Shown in pieces: positions 39,866 to 51,366 of a stretch of 64,000 bases of DNA. The notes beneath the pieces were generated by a model. The model did no database searches and was not told where the DNA came from. It saw nothing but the letters and a program-made list of their open reading frames with translations. Numbering within the stretch: position 1 is the first letter of the stretch; every line of letters starts with the position of its first letter. Position numbers and translations under genes: made by a program. This DNA is from Octopus vulgaris (Eukaryota), in assembly GCA_951406725.2 (NCBI GenBank), contig OX597814.1, positions 111,228,001 through 111,292,000 on the forward strand, in the 5' to 3' direction.

Positions 39866-40319
39866 TTTAACGTCCGCTTTCCATGCTAGCATGGGTTGGA
39901 TGAATGACTGAGGGCTGGCGAACCAGATGGCTGCACCAGGCTTCAATCTTGATCTGGCAGAGTTTCTACAGCTGGATGCCCTTCCTAATGCCAACCACTC
40001 CGAGAGTGTAGTGGGTGCTTTTACATGCCACCGGCATGGAGCCAGTCAGGCAGTACTGGCAACAACCTCACTCAAATCTTTTACACATACCACTGGCACA
40101 GGTGCCAGTAAGGAGATGCTGGTAACAATTGCGCTTGAATGGTGTCTTACGTGCCACCAGCACGGAGGCCAGATAGCCGCTCTGGCAACAATCACACTCG
40201 GATGGTGCTCTTAATACTCTACTAGCACGGAGCACAAGTGCCAGTAAGGCAACGCTGGTAATGATCACGCTCGAATGGTGCCTTTTAAGTGCCACTGGCA
40301 CGGAAGCCTATTATTATTA

Positions 40320-40356
<37 letters not shown>

Positions 40357-40484
40357 GAAGGTAGTGATCTAGGAGCATCATTTGTGTGGCAGCAATTCTT
40401 TTGACTCTGTACATTCTGAGCTCAAATTCCATGAATGGATCAACATTGCCTTTCATTCTTTTAGTGTCAAGAAAATAAGGACAG

Positions 40485-40885
40485 TAAGCTGGCAGAATTG
40501 TTAGTGTGCCGGGCGAAATGCTTAGTGGTATTTCATCTGTCTTTATGTTCTGAATTCAAATTCCGCCGAGGTCAACTTTACCTTTCATCCTTTCAGGGTC
40601 GATAAATTAAGTACCAGTGATGCACTGGGGTCAATGTAATCAACTTAATCCATTTCTCTGTACTTGTTTGCCCTCTCTGTGTTTAACCCCTTGTGAGTAG
40701 TAAAGAAATAGGTATTTCATCTGTCTTTATGTTCTGAGTTCAAATTCCATCGAGGTTGATTTTGCCTTTCATCCTTTCGGGGTCAATAAATTAAGTACCA
40801 GTTGCATACTGGGGTTGATCTAATCAACTGGCTCCCTCCTCAAAACTTTTAGGCCTTGTGCCTAGAGTAGAAAAGAAAATAAGTA
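40485..40885 (+). mobile_element. SINE with CCTTTCATCCTTTCGGGGTCGATAAA central domain (related copies near 6230, 14090, 17020, 21260, 25120, 54600, 56440, 56660)
   Basis: GAGCTGGCAGAATTGTTAG-type head, GTTCAAATTCC B box, and a core resembling Meta/Sauria-type SINE domains (family name from memory). Confidence 0.6.
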
Positions 40886-40951
40886 CTGGAGGTGATGTCA
40901 TTTGTGTGTGTGTGTGTGTGTGTGTGCGTGTGTGCATACGTGCATGCGCGT

Positions 40952-40985
<34 letters not shown>

Positions 40986-41105
40986 ATGCACTAAACATTG
41001 AAATTTGTTGTGCAACTTATAAAAATGATGAAAACTGATATTTATTCTTTGTTATTCTGTAAATAACATGTTTTTCTTTATTTACATATACATATATATT
41101 TATAG

Positions 41106-41303
41106 ATATTTCAGATAACTCGAATAATATCAGGTACTCTCAACAGCAACAACAACAACAATCCAACTACAACCCTTATGGATTCTATGGAGATCCTTAT
41201 CTGATGTACAACCCACACTATTTCAACAGTGACCCCTATGCACCAAGTGTGAACAACATGTATGACAGTTGGTCATCTGGGATGTCTTATCCTTTAACTT
41301 TTG
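41106..41303 (+). CDS. Coding exon G (Gln/Asn/Tyr/Pro/Met-rich)
   Basis: Acceptor tttatag (exon start 41106) or in-frame tttcag (start 41115), G|gtaagt donor, phase 1-1. RYSQQQQQQQSNYNPYGFYGDPYLMYNPHYFNSDPYAPSVNNMYDSWSSGMSYPLTF. Confidence 0.8.
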
Positions 41304-41743
41304 GTAAGTAGAATAAATTTCTTTCATCACTGTCTCAGCAAATGGAGGGAGAAAGTTTAGTAAGACTGAACATGGCTGTGTGGTAAGAAGTTTGCTTCCC
41401 GACCACATGGTTCTGTGTTCAGTCTCACTGCATGGCACCTTGGGCAAGTGTCTTCTACTATAGCCTCAAGCCAACCAAAGCCTTGGGAATGGATTTGGTA
41501 GATAGAAACTGGAAGTAACCCATTGTATATATATATGTGTGTGTGTGCATGTGTGTGTTTGTGTGTGTGTGTGTGTGTGTGTATACATGATGGGCTTCTT
41601 TTAGTTTCTGTCTACCAAGCCCTCACATCAACACTGGTTGTTGGGCTCACCAAAGCATTGCAAGTTAATTTGATAGACGAAAATATCTGTCTGTCTGTCT
41701 GTCTATTTATCTCTCTATCTATCTCTCTATCTCTATCTCTATT

Positions 41744-41801
<58 letters not shown>

Positions 41802-42277
41802 ATGTAACCTTCCTTTTCTAAGTTTCTCAAAACATCTGTATCATGATATGTGATTCTTAATTATTCAAGAAGCTTAGAATTTCTCTTGGAAGTTTCTAGA
41901 ATGTCTAACATTCCATTAATAAAAACAGCTTGCTAACCCAGCTCTTCACTTCTTAGTCAATTAAACTTAGAGCCATTCTCGTCATTGCTATGTCCATCTA
42001 TTTCTCTATGCCACATGTCTGAAAGCCACCACTTAGCTGTTGTTTTACATTTGCTATCTCTGAACCTTCTTGCATAGATTACTTCATTCAACTAGATTCT
42101 ACATTTTGATTCTATGTATCATCATCGACCAGTAAATAAAATATATTTTCATGTAGTAAATATATAGATCGTGAAATTATTCTTCATCTCTTTATGAACT
42201 ATTGTAATAACATACACGCAGCCACATCAACACCTTGTACTGACTATATATTCCCACTACACATGCATACAGACATA

Positions 42278-43035
42278 CATCATCATCATCATCGTTTAAC
42301 GTCTGTTTTCCGTGCTGACATGGGTTGGACGGTTCATCTGGGGGCTGGGAAGCCAGGGGGCTGCACCAGGCTCCAGTCTGATCTGGCAGTGTTTCTACAG
42401 CTGGATGCCCTTCCTAATGCCAACTACTCCGAGAGTGTAGTGGGTGCTTTTTTACATGCCACCAGCACAGGGGCCAGAGGGGGCTGGCATCGACTACAAT
42501 CAGATGGTACTTTTTAGGTGCCACCAGCACAGGAACCAGTCAAGGCAGCACTGGCATCAACACATTCGGATGGTGCTTTCTACCTGCCACCGGCATGGGG
42601 ATCACAACTACAATTTCCATTTGATTTTGATGTACTTGACTCAATAGGTCTCCTCAAGCACAGTATGTCGCCCTACGATCCAAGGTACATTTGAGTGGGC
42701 TGGTTATGTGACACTGGTGTAGGTTACAGCTGTGGACTCACTTTATTTGCCAAGTCTTCTCAGCCACAGCATATCTCCAGAGGTCCCTGTCATTTATCAT
42801 TGCCTCTGTGAGGTCCAATGTCTGAAGGTCATGCTTCACCACCTCATCCTATGTCTTCCTGGGTCTCCCTCTATCCCAGATTCCTTCAACTGTTTGGGAG
42901 TGGCACATCTTCACACAGCTCTCCTCTTCCATCCGTAGTATATGACCATACTAGCGCAAACGTCTCTCTTGCATGCCACATCCAATGTTTCTTATGTCCA
43001 ACATTTCTCTCAGGGCACTTACACTCTGTCGTGAC
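42278..43035 (-). mobile_element. 5'-truncated RTE LINE linking the ORF C-terminus to the VNTR-bearing 3' UTR
   Basis: QSVSALREML...ERRLR*YGHILRMEEESCVK...RGRPRKT*DEVVKHDL...DRDLWRYAVAEKT, continuous with the VNTR, conserved block and (GAT)n tail. Confidence 0.8.
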
Positions 43036-43199
43036 CAATACTCAGCTACCTGGAACGCACTGATTATCACTTGTGTTTACATCACTGCAATGCAAGGCTG
43101 CATATTTTTTGTACAGGTCTATGTACACATAGTTCGGTCAGATGGTGGGGGCATGCACCCTTGCAGTGTGTTGCTGCATTCACTATTCATTAGTATATT

Positions 43200-43545
43200 C
43201 CCTTACACTTGCCTCCTTATGAGAGCTCAAAATCTCTCGTGGAAGCGTCATCCAACTAAAGTACAAATATATGGGAAACTACCACCTGTATCATCTCTTG
43301 TGAAAGGTAGAAAAGTCCAGTTTGCTGGACATTGTTGAGAGCTGAAAACGAGGTAATTTCTACTCTTCTCCTCTGGAAGCCATCTGCTCGCAATACCAGA
43401 GGGCGCACATTCTCCTACCCTGATGTAATCTCCAGCGATACAGGTATCCAGCAACAGGACCTCCGTAATGCTACGATGGACCATATAGTCTGGCATAACA
43501 GTAAATTCCATTGTCTCAACCACGGTCAAACAATGATGATGATGA
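43200..43545 (+). mobile_element. RTE-like LINE 3' fragment (second family)
   Basis: MRAQNLSWKRHPT...GRKVQFAGHC*RAENEVISTLLLWKP...RGR; (GAT)n tail. Confidence 0.6.
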
Positions 43546-43871
43546 GTATATTCCCAGGTCCTCCCAGGTGACCCGTCAAGCAGAGTCATATTTAGTCCTC
43601 ACCTCTCTGAAAAACCTCATCCTGCATGACCGTGTGTCATGTGGTCAACCAACATGGGCTGTCAACCCAGCTAGATTCTCAGTAAAGCGAATATGATGAG
43701 CAAGGTCTAAATTAGAAAATCAAGCAACATAACCAAGTAATCTGAGCTAAGCTCCTGAATCAGTAACTGGGATGCATCCTTTAACAGAATCCATCCCAGT
43801 TTCAGAGGAAAGTTTGTTGGTTAAATACAGAATATTTTTCACTGTTATATTTTTATTATTTATTGATCATA

Positions 43872-44280
43872 GGTGCAGGAGTGGCTGTGTGGTAAGTAGC
43901 TTGCTTACCAACCACATGGTTCCGGGTTCAGTCCCACTACGTGGCACCTTGGGCAAGTGTCTTCTACTATAGCCTCGGGCCGACCAAAGCCTTGTGAGTG
44001 GATTTGGTAGACAGAAACTGAAAAAAGCCCGTTGTATATATGTATATATATGTATGTGTGTGTATATGTTTGTGTGTCTGTGTTTGTCCCTCCAACATCG
44101 CTTGACAACCAATGCTGATGTGTTTACGTCCCCGTAACTTAGCGATTCAGCAAAAAAGACTGATAGAATAAGTACTAGGCTTACAAAGAATAAGTCCTGG
44201 GGTCGATTTGCTCGACTAAAGGTGGTGCTCCAGCATGGCCACAGTCACATGACTTAAACAAGTAAGAGAGTAAAAGAGTA
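43872..44280 (+). mobile_element. Full-length tRNA-derived SINE with internal microsatellite
   Basis: A box TGGCTGTGTGG, B box GGTTCAGTCCC, body GTGGATTTGGTAGAC...(TG)n...GCTCCAGCATGGCCACAGTC. About 10 copies in the window. Confidence 0.8.
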
Positions 44281-44507
44281 TCATGTTATTAAATTTTACT
44301 CTAAACATTATACCAACCATAAAACAATATCATTGTGTGTACTTCGAGTCTTTTTGGACATGTTATTTGGGTATGTTAGGGGTAGAACTTGAGGTCTTTT
44401 CGGAAGCAAATACTTGTGATAAATGAGGACAGATGTACGAATCTTGTGTTTTTATCATGTTCAGTTATAATATAATTGTAATCCAACATTTTTTTTTTTC
44501 ATTTCAG

Positions 44508-44672
44508 TGCCTGGTACCATTTATCCCAACATCGATCGACCATATTCTAATCAACATCAAGACCGGTGGCCTGTTCCAAGCAAGAATTTCGATGCTGCTT
44601 CCCAAGATGATAAAAAACCAATTCCTCTCGTCCAACAGAATTCTACAACACCCAATACTCCTAATCCTCCGC
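44508..44672 (+). CDS. Coding exon H (Pro/Asn/Gln-rich linker)
   Basis: Poly-T plus tttcag acceptor, C|gtaagt donor, 165 nt, phase 1-1. VPGTIYPNIDRPYSNQHQDRWPVPSKNFD...TPNPP. Confidence 0.85.
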
Positions 44673-44947
44673 GTAAGTTAAAAACTACCATTCTACTTTG
44701 TCTAGCTGAAAATAAAATGTACTTTTTTTGTTAATCAACAGTAGGACTTTCTGGCTAGTATAAGCATATTAGATTGACAATAATTACTTTTCTTCTCGAT
44801 ATGATTAACATTAAAAAATTATTCTCAATTTATCACATTAAATATGGAAGCCCATATGTAACTATATGTTTTTTTATACTTTACATTAATTATGGTAGCC
44901 CATATGTGACTATATGTTTTTTCTATATAGTAACCCTTTAACATATA

Positions 44948-46227
44948 TGAGGGGTGTCTGAAAAGTCTTGAGCCTCAAAAAACAAAACATAGTACAAGAC
45001 TTCTGATTATTTTTCAACATAGTCCCCTTTGATGGCTGAACACTTTCTCCAGTGGTGCTGAAGTGCCATCATCCCGGCGTAGAGGAACTCTTTTGTCTGA
45101 GACTCTAAGAAACTTCCTACAGTGTCTATGACGTCATTGTCAGTGGCAAAATGGTGACCAGCCAGGACTTTTTTTATTTTTGGGAATAGATGAAAGTCAG
45201 AGGGGGCTAAGTCTGGTGAATAAGGCAGATGGGGAACAAGTTCGTATCCACAATCACGAATTGTTGCCATGGCAACCACTGAGGTGTGGGCTGGAGTATT
45301 GTCGGGATGAAAAAGGACTCCTCAGGTGAGCATTCCTGACCTTTTTGCTTTGATTGCTTCCTGGAGGCATTACAGTAGCTGAAAATAATACAGCCTTGTC
45401 ACAGTGTGACCCTTTCAAAGGTAATCGATCAGCAAGACACCTTGAGAATCAAAAAAAACTGACGCCATGACCTTGCCAGCTGAAGGAATGACCTGGCTTT
45501 CTTTGGGGTAGGAGATGTGTGCTTCCATTGCTTTGTTCTTGGTTTCAGGCTGGTAGTGATGAACCCAACTTTCGTCCATAGTAATAAAACAAGCAAGAAA
45601 ATTCTCTTCATCTGCTTCAAACAGTTCCAGTTTGCTTGTGAACAAAGTGCACCTGGTGTGTTTCTGTTCAGAAGTCAAAAGGTGAGGGACCCACCTTGCA
45701 AAAACCTTTGAGAACCCAAGTTCTTTTGTCACAATGTTGTCTGCTTTTTCATTTGAAATGCTCAAGTCTCTCAGCTATCTGGCGACATGATATTCAATGA
45801 TCTTGCATTATCATACTAAGAGCAAGGACAATGTTGTCCTTGGTGGTTGCAGTTGGAGGCCTCCCTGGTGTGGGATCATCTTCCACACTCTCCCTGCCAT
45901 TCTGGAATTCATTTACCCAGCGTTTGACTGTTGCATATGAAGGAGCATTGTCTGTTAAAGGTTCTCACCATATCTTCATAGATTTCTGATGGAGTCATGC
46001 CTTTCAAATGAAGGTATTTTATGACAGCACGACACTCAGTTTTCTCCATTTTCCTTGTAACGTCGACACTTCTTTATTCAAAAATCCGTAACAAAAAAAT
46101 TAAAATATCAGAGTCATGAAAATTAGCAAGAATACTCCGAAAAGATTGTACTTACCAGAAAAAATTGTTTCAGCTACCTAGTAGCCTCGTTTCTAGGTTA
46201 GGCTCAAAACTTTTCATACACCCCTCG
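44948..46227 (-). mobile_element. Full-length mariner transposon with a decayed transposase
   Basis: TIRs (C/T)GAGGGGTGT.TGAAAAGT.TTGAGCCT with TA flanks; MEKTECRAVIKYL, WVPHLL, TMDESWVH, YSPDLAPSDFHLFP; frameshifts. Confidence 0.92.
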
Positions 46228-46669
46228 TAAAACCTGCCATTCCAGCTGAAATATTCTGTTTTATGATCAAACTGGCCAGACCTGACTTCTTATGCCTAAC
46301 CTACAATGACATTCTGAAAATAAACAACTGCATCATGGGAGTCTCAAAGCTAAACGATAATGCATAATTAATTTAAAACACGTGAATAAATAATCATAAC
46401 ATTCAATAATGCTAAAACTGAATTTCCCAATGCCGTTATTTTAAATTGCCAAATCAGTGAATTATTTTCACACCAAACTCTATACTCTCCAAGTCCTTCA
46501 ATTTTCTGGTAGTTGTGTGTCAAACTTGCTTCTTTGAAGAGGCTTAATAAGACTCTAACATGTTAGTTGTCACCACAGCAACCAGACATTACACTCATCC
46601 AACCTCCACATACTTATCTTCAGTTAATACACGACAATTTTCCAGGTTCTATTTTCATTGACATTAAAC

Positions 46670-46955
46670 ATAATACAGTTCTATATTTAAGAGATGAGGA
46701 ATTATATACATTATTTACATTTGATGGATATTTGTCCTCATCTTGTTTGATGTTAACACAACATTTCGGCTGATATACCCTCCAGCCTCCATCAGGTGTC
46801 TTGGGGAAATTTCAAACCTGGGTTCTCATTCTTAAGGTATTTTTTGATGTTGTTGTTTTTGTTGTCGTTGTCGTCGTCGTCACTACCAGGAATCAAACTC
46901 AGAATCTTGGTGTTAGTAGTCCATGCTCTTAACCACTACACCATATGCCCGTGGG
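46670..46955 (-). mobile_element. tRNA-hammerhead SINE copy (ribozyme core mutated)
   Basis: Reverse complement of tRNA head, (AAC/GAC)n spacer and hammerhead module. Confidence 0.7.
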
Positions 46956-47392
46956 CAATTATGGAGTGAATTTTAGGGCTTATTAAACATGTTCCCCATC
47001 AGAAACTCTGTGTGTAGCTGTGGTTTGGTTCCATAATCTCTAAAGATATGGTTGATAGTAAGTCCTTTGGGCATTACTGTTGCGAGTCCTGATGATTCAT
47101 AGGTCCAGTTACCCAGTTTCCATAATGTATAAGTAACCAAGATCACAACTTTCTCCCCTCAGCCAGAGCTGAGTGGACGAAAGCAGAGGAGAAATGAAAC
47201 ATTTCGCTCAAGAAAACAATGTACTCCCCAGCCTGGGAATTGAAACCATGATATTTCAATTGTTATTGCAATAACCTACTCACTTGGCCACACACCTTCA
47301 CTTAGAGAGAAAAATTACAAATCTTATTCAATATAGACATATTTAGGCATATAATTATTTCATTTGTTCAATTATTTAATTAGCCTATTAGA

Positions 47393-47605
47393 CAGGATGG
47401 CTCAAAAATAGGTTTACAGTTATCCTGTAGGCATTTAAAAATTTCTTTTAAAGCATTTTATTACATTTAAATTTCTATCTTAAAATTAACTAAATTAACA
47501 TAGAATAATGGTTTCAAATATTTTTATAATTAAGATCTAAACTGTTAATATATGAATGCGAAAGAGATAGTTGAATTACTGTAAACCTACTTTTGGGCCA
47601 CCCTG
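47393..47605. mobile_element. Tc1/mariner-type MITE
   Basis: TIRs CAGGATGGCTCAAAAATAGGTTTACAGT / ACTGTAAACCTACTTTTGGGCCACCCTG. Confidence 0.7.
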
Positions 47606-47672
47606 TATTATGTTGTTTATTTTTATGAAAGTTTTTTTTTTCCGTTAATCTGTTCCCATTTTTATATTTTAG

Positions 47673-47799
47673 AAGTCTTAGTAACATTCAATCTAAAAGA
47701 ATTTAATGTTTTAAAATGCACAATCAATGTAACAAAGCAGAGTCCTGCACCTCTTGAAGATTTCCTAACAAAAGCATCTCAAACGAACAGCTGCTTTGA
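47673..47799 (+). CDS. Coding exon I (start of the transcobalamin-beta/DUF4430-like domain)
   Basis: ttttag acceptor, GA|gtgagt donor, 127 nt, phase 1 to 2. QVLVTFNLKEFNVLKCTINVTKQSPAPLEDFLTKASQTNSCF. Confidence 0.8.
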
Positions 47800-48305
47800 G
47801 TGAGTATCGTTAAGTCATTAAAATCTTTTATGAAATTATTTTTCTGTCTTTACTTGGTGAAAAACTTAACAAAATTTTCCAAAGCAAACAATAAGAAAAT
47901 GGACAAAACACATTCTCTTATGCTTTACATTTTTGTTATTTTCTTCACTGAATTATTGCAATTTTTTAAAAAAATCATTATTATCTTCTAATTGTTTTGG
48001 TCATTGGACTGCAGCCACATGCTCACAAAGCTTTAAGTCATAAGGAGGTGAATCAAACTGTCATCATCACCATCATCATCATCATCTTCATTTAACGTCC
48101 ACTTTCCATGCTAGCATGGGTTGGACGATTTTGACTGAGGGCTGGCGAACCAGATGGCTACAACAGGCTCCAATCTTAATTTGGCAGAGTTTCTACAGCT
48201 GGATGCCCTTCCTAACGCCAACCACTCTGAGAGTGTATGTTATATTATCATGTATAATATATACAAGCACACATATATGTATGTATGCATGTTTATGCAT
48301 GTTTT

Positions 48306-48339
<34 letters not shown>

Positions 48340-49009
48340 TGTATGTATGTATGTATGAATGAATGAATGTTGCTGTGTTTATGTCCCTGTGACTTAGCAG
48401 AATATGTGCCAGGCTTGAAAAAAATTAGTGTTGGGATTGATTCATTAGACTAAAATTCCTTGAAGCAGTACCCTAGCATGGCCAGTCTAACGACCAAAAC
48501 GATTAAAAAATAAAAGATATAAAACTGTACATAAACAGTTCATCATCATCATCATCATCATTTAACGTTTGTTGTCCATGCTGGCATGGGCTGAACAGTT
48601 TGACCAGAGCAGGTAAGCTGAGGGGCTGCACCAGACTCCAGTCTGATTTGGCATGGTTCTCTATGGCTGGATGCCCTTCCTAACACCAACCACTCTGAGA
48701 GTGTAATGGGTGCTTTTATGTGCCAGCGATGTGACACCGGGATGCTTTTACATGTCACTAGCATCAGTGCCAATTTGCATGACACCGGTATCTGCCACAA
48801 CTGCAATTTTGCTCGGCTTGATGGGTCTTCTTCTTAAGCATGACATAATGCCAAAAGTCTTGGTCATTGCCTCCGTGAGGCCCAACACTCAAAAAGAAGA
48901 CCCAAATATAGTAACTACTCAACAACTCATATCAAATTAATTACCAAGCAATTACAATTAAAAATTATTTATTTTGAATACAAATTATTCAATTTTTCTT
49001 ACATTTCAG

Positions 49010-49137
49010 ATTTACAACTGTTTTCTACATCAACAATCCTCTAAGACAAGGCAAATATCTAAATAGTATCAATGGTATAAATGTGACTGCCACAACAACC
49101 TGGGAAATTTCTAAAGAGAATGGACCCATTGATTTAA
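49010..49137 (+). CDS. Coding exon J (core of the transcobalamin-beta/DUF4430-like domain)
   Basis: tttcag acceptor, A|gtacta donor (weak), 128 nt, phase 2 to 1. EFTTVFYINNPLRQGKYLNSINGINVTATTTWEISKENGPIDL. Confidence 0.78.
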
Positions 49138-49306
49138 GTACTAGTCTTTCTAATCTTTCTTTCCCTTCTTTTCTTTTTTTTTGTTTGTTTCTTCTTTTTG
49201 TTTATTTGTTTGTTTCTTTTTCTTGCTCTTCTTTTCCACTTGTCTTTCTTTTAATTTTTTCTTTCTTTCTATCTTTCTTCGGTAAGGTAACAGGTTGGAA
49301 GTTAGC

Positions 49307-49575
<269 letters not shown>

Positions 49576-50525
49576 TTTTTTTTATAATAGGTGCTTTTAC
49601 ATGCCACCAGCATGGGTGCCATTTGTGTGACCCCAGTATCTGTCACGACTGCAATTTTACTTGGCTTCATGGGTCTTCTTCTCAAGCATGACATAATGCC
49701 AAAGATCTTGATCATTGCCTCCGTGAAGCCCAATACTCAAAAGGAGCTCAACCACTTTGCCTGTGTGAGGCCCAACATTTGAAAGGGGCTTTTTACATGC
49801 CACCAGTTATGTGACACCAGCATCAGCCATGTCTACAATTTCACTTGGCTTGATGGGTCTTCTCAAGCACGGCATATTGCCAAAGGTCTCAGTCACTAGT
49901 CATTGCCTCTGTGAGGCCCTAAGTTCAAAGATCATTCTTCACCACCTCGTCCCAAGTCTTCCTAGGTCTGCCTCTACCACAGGTTTCCTCCACAGATCAG
50001 CACTTCTTTACACAGCTGTCTCAATAACATATTCATCTAACCCATGCTAGCATGGAAAAACAGTTGTAAAACAAACAAATGAATATGAAGAACTGTTGTT
50101 TACTGTATGTTATTAATCACAGTCATATATGACAAAATTGACTGAAGGCACGTGGCCAAGTAGTTAGGGTAGTCAGTTCAGGATTGTAAGGCCATGAGCT
50201 TAATACCTGGTGGTGCATTATGCCCTTGAGCAAGACACTTATTTTACAATGCTCCAGTCCACTCAGCTGGTAAAAATGAATCTTGCCTGTATTTCAAAGG
50301 ACCAGCCATGTCATATCCTGTGTCACATCGAATCTATGTTATGGGTAAGAGTGTCAGTGGTGTGCTCAGCCACTTGCACATTCATTTCACAAGCAGGCTG
50401 TTCCATTGATCAAATCAATTAGAATCCTGGTCAGAGTAAGTGATGTAGTGCCAGCTTTTATATAACAAAATTATGATTAATGTCTTACAAGATGTTCCAA
50501 GTATTAAGGTAAATTTTCTAAAGCT

Positions 50526-51066
50526 TTAACTCTTTAGCATTGAAACTGGCCCAACCATTCTACCTGTTTTATGTTCAAACTGGCCAGATCTGGTTTTTCA
50601 CTCATACCCTACAATGGCATTCAAAACCTAAACTATCATACCATTGAAATGTCAAAGCTTTGAGATAATACATCATTAATTCAAAACAATGTGAATAAAT
50701 AGGCCTTACATTTGTGACAGAATAAACTGAATGCTCTCATCTAGGGGTTTCGGTTGCGCATACTATAGCAGTCACAGGGCAGTGGTCCGTATGGTCCCGC
50801 AGTTTCCATCTAACTAGGAATATTAGGGTCTCATCCATTGCCTTGTATTCAAGATCCTCAGCATGACATCCTGCTAGTTCAAAGCCAGGAATCTGATCTT
50901 TTAGGTCCTGCCAATAACTAAATCCATGCCCTGCTGTTGATGCTTCGATTTATTGTCATTAAGGTTTGTCTGTCTCTTACCCTTTGACCTTCCTGAAGAT
51001 TTCTCTCCCTCCAGCATAGATCTCTAGGTCAATGGAGCACGCAGGTACTTCACCACTAAAGGGTTA
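50526..51066. mobile_element. piggyBac-type MITE interrupted by an insertion of about 320 bp
   Basis: TTAACTCTTTAGCATT...CTGAATGCT[insert]AAAGGGTTAA; related pieces near 17700 and 46230. Confidence 0.5.
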
Positions 51067-51186
51067 AATTATGTTTCTTTATAAATCCACAGAGCAACTT
51101 GGTACTCTTTGTTACTCCTTGTGGTGCACCACTTAAGAACTACTAATTTATTTGTTTACCAATAATTATACATTTATTTATTTCAG

Positions 51187-51245
51187 ATTTGGGTGTCGTG
51201 GCACAAACTGGCGACACGTTCACCATTAACAACACCAGCGTTTAA
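51187..51245 (+). CDS. Terminal coding exon K (NLGVVAQTGDTFTINNTSV*)
   Basis: tttcag acceptor, phase 1, TAA at 51243-51245. Confidence 0.78.
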
Positions 51246-51360
51246 CTGATTGCTACCCAGAAAAGGAATTAAAATTTAAAAAAAAATATATATAAATATA
51301 TTTCCTGTAGGAAATATATTTGTGTATTTTTTATAAAATTCTCTTCTTTTTTTTTAATCC

Positions 51361-51366
51361 AATAAA
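51361..51366 (+). terminator. Candidate polyadenylation signal
   Basis: AATAAA about 115 nt after the stop codon, followed by T-rich sequence. Confidence 0.55.

Noticed and set aside
41106-41303. Reflectin-like composition
   Set aside because: Rich in Y/M/N/P but lacks the reflectin M/FD(X5)MD(X5)MD motif.
43872-43950. tRNA genes at SINE heads (also 15490, 25204, 38462)
   Set aside because: A and B boxes are present, but acceptor stems are imperfect and each head continues into a repeated SINE body.
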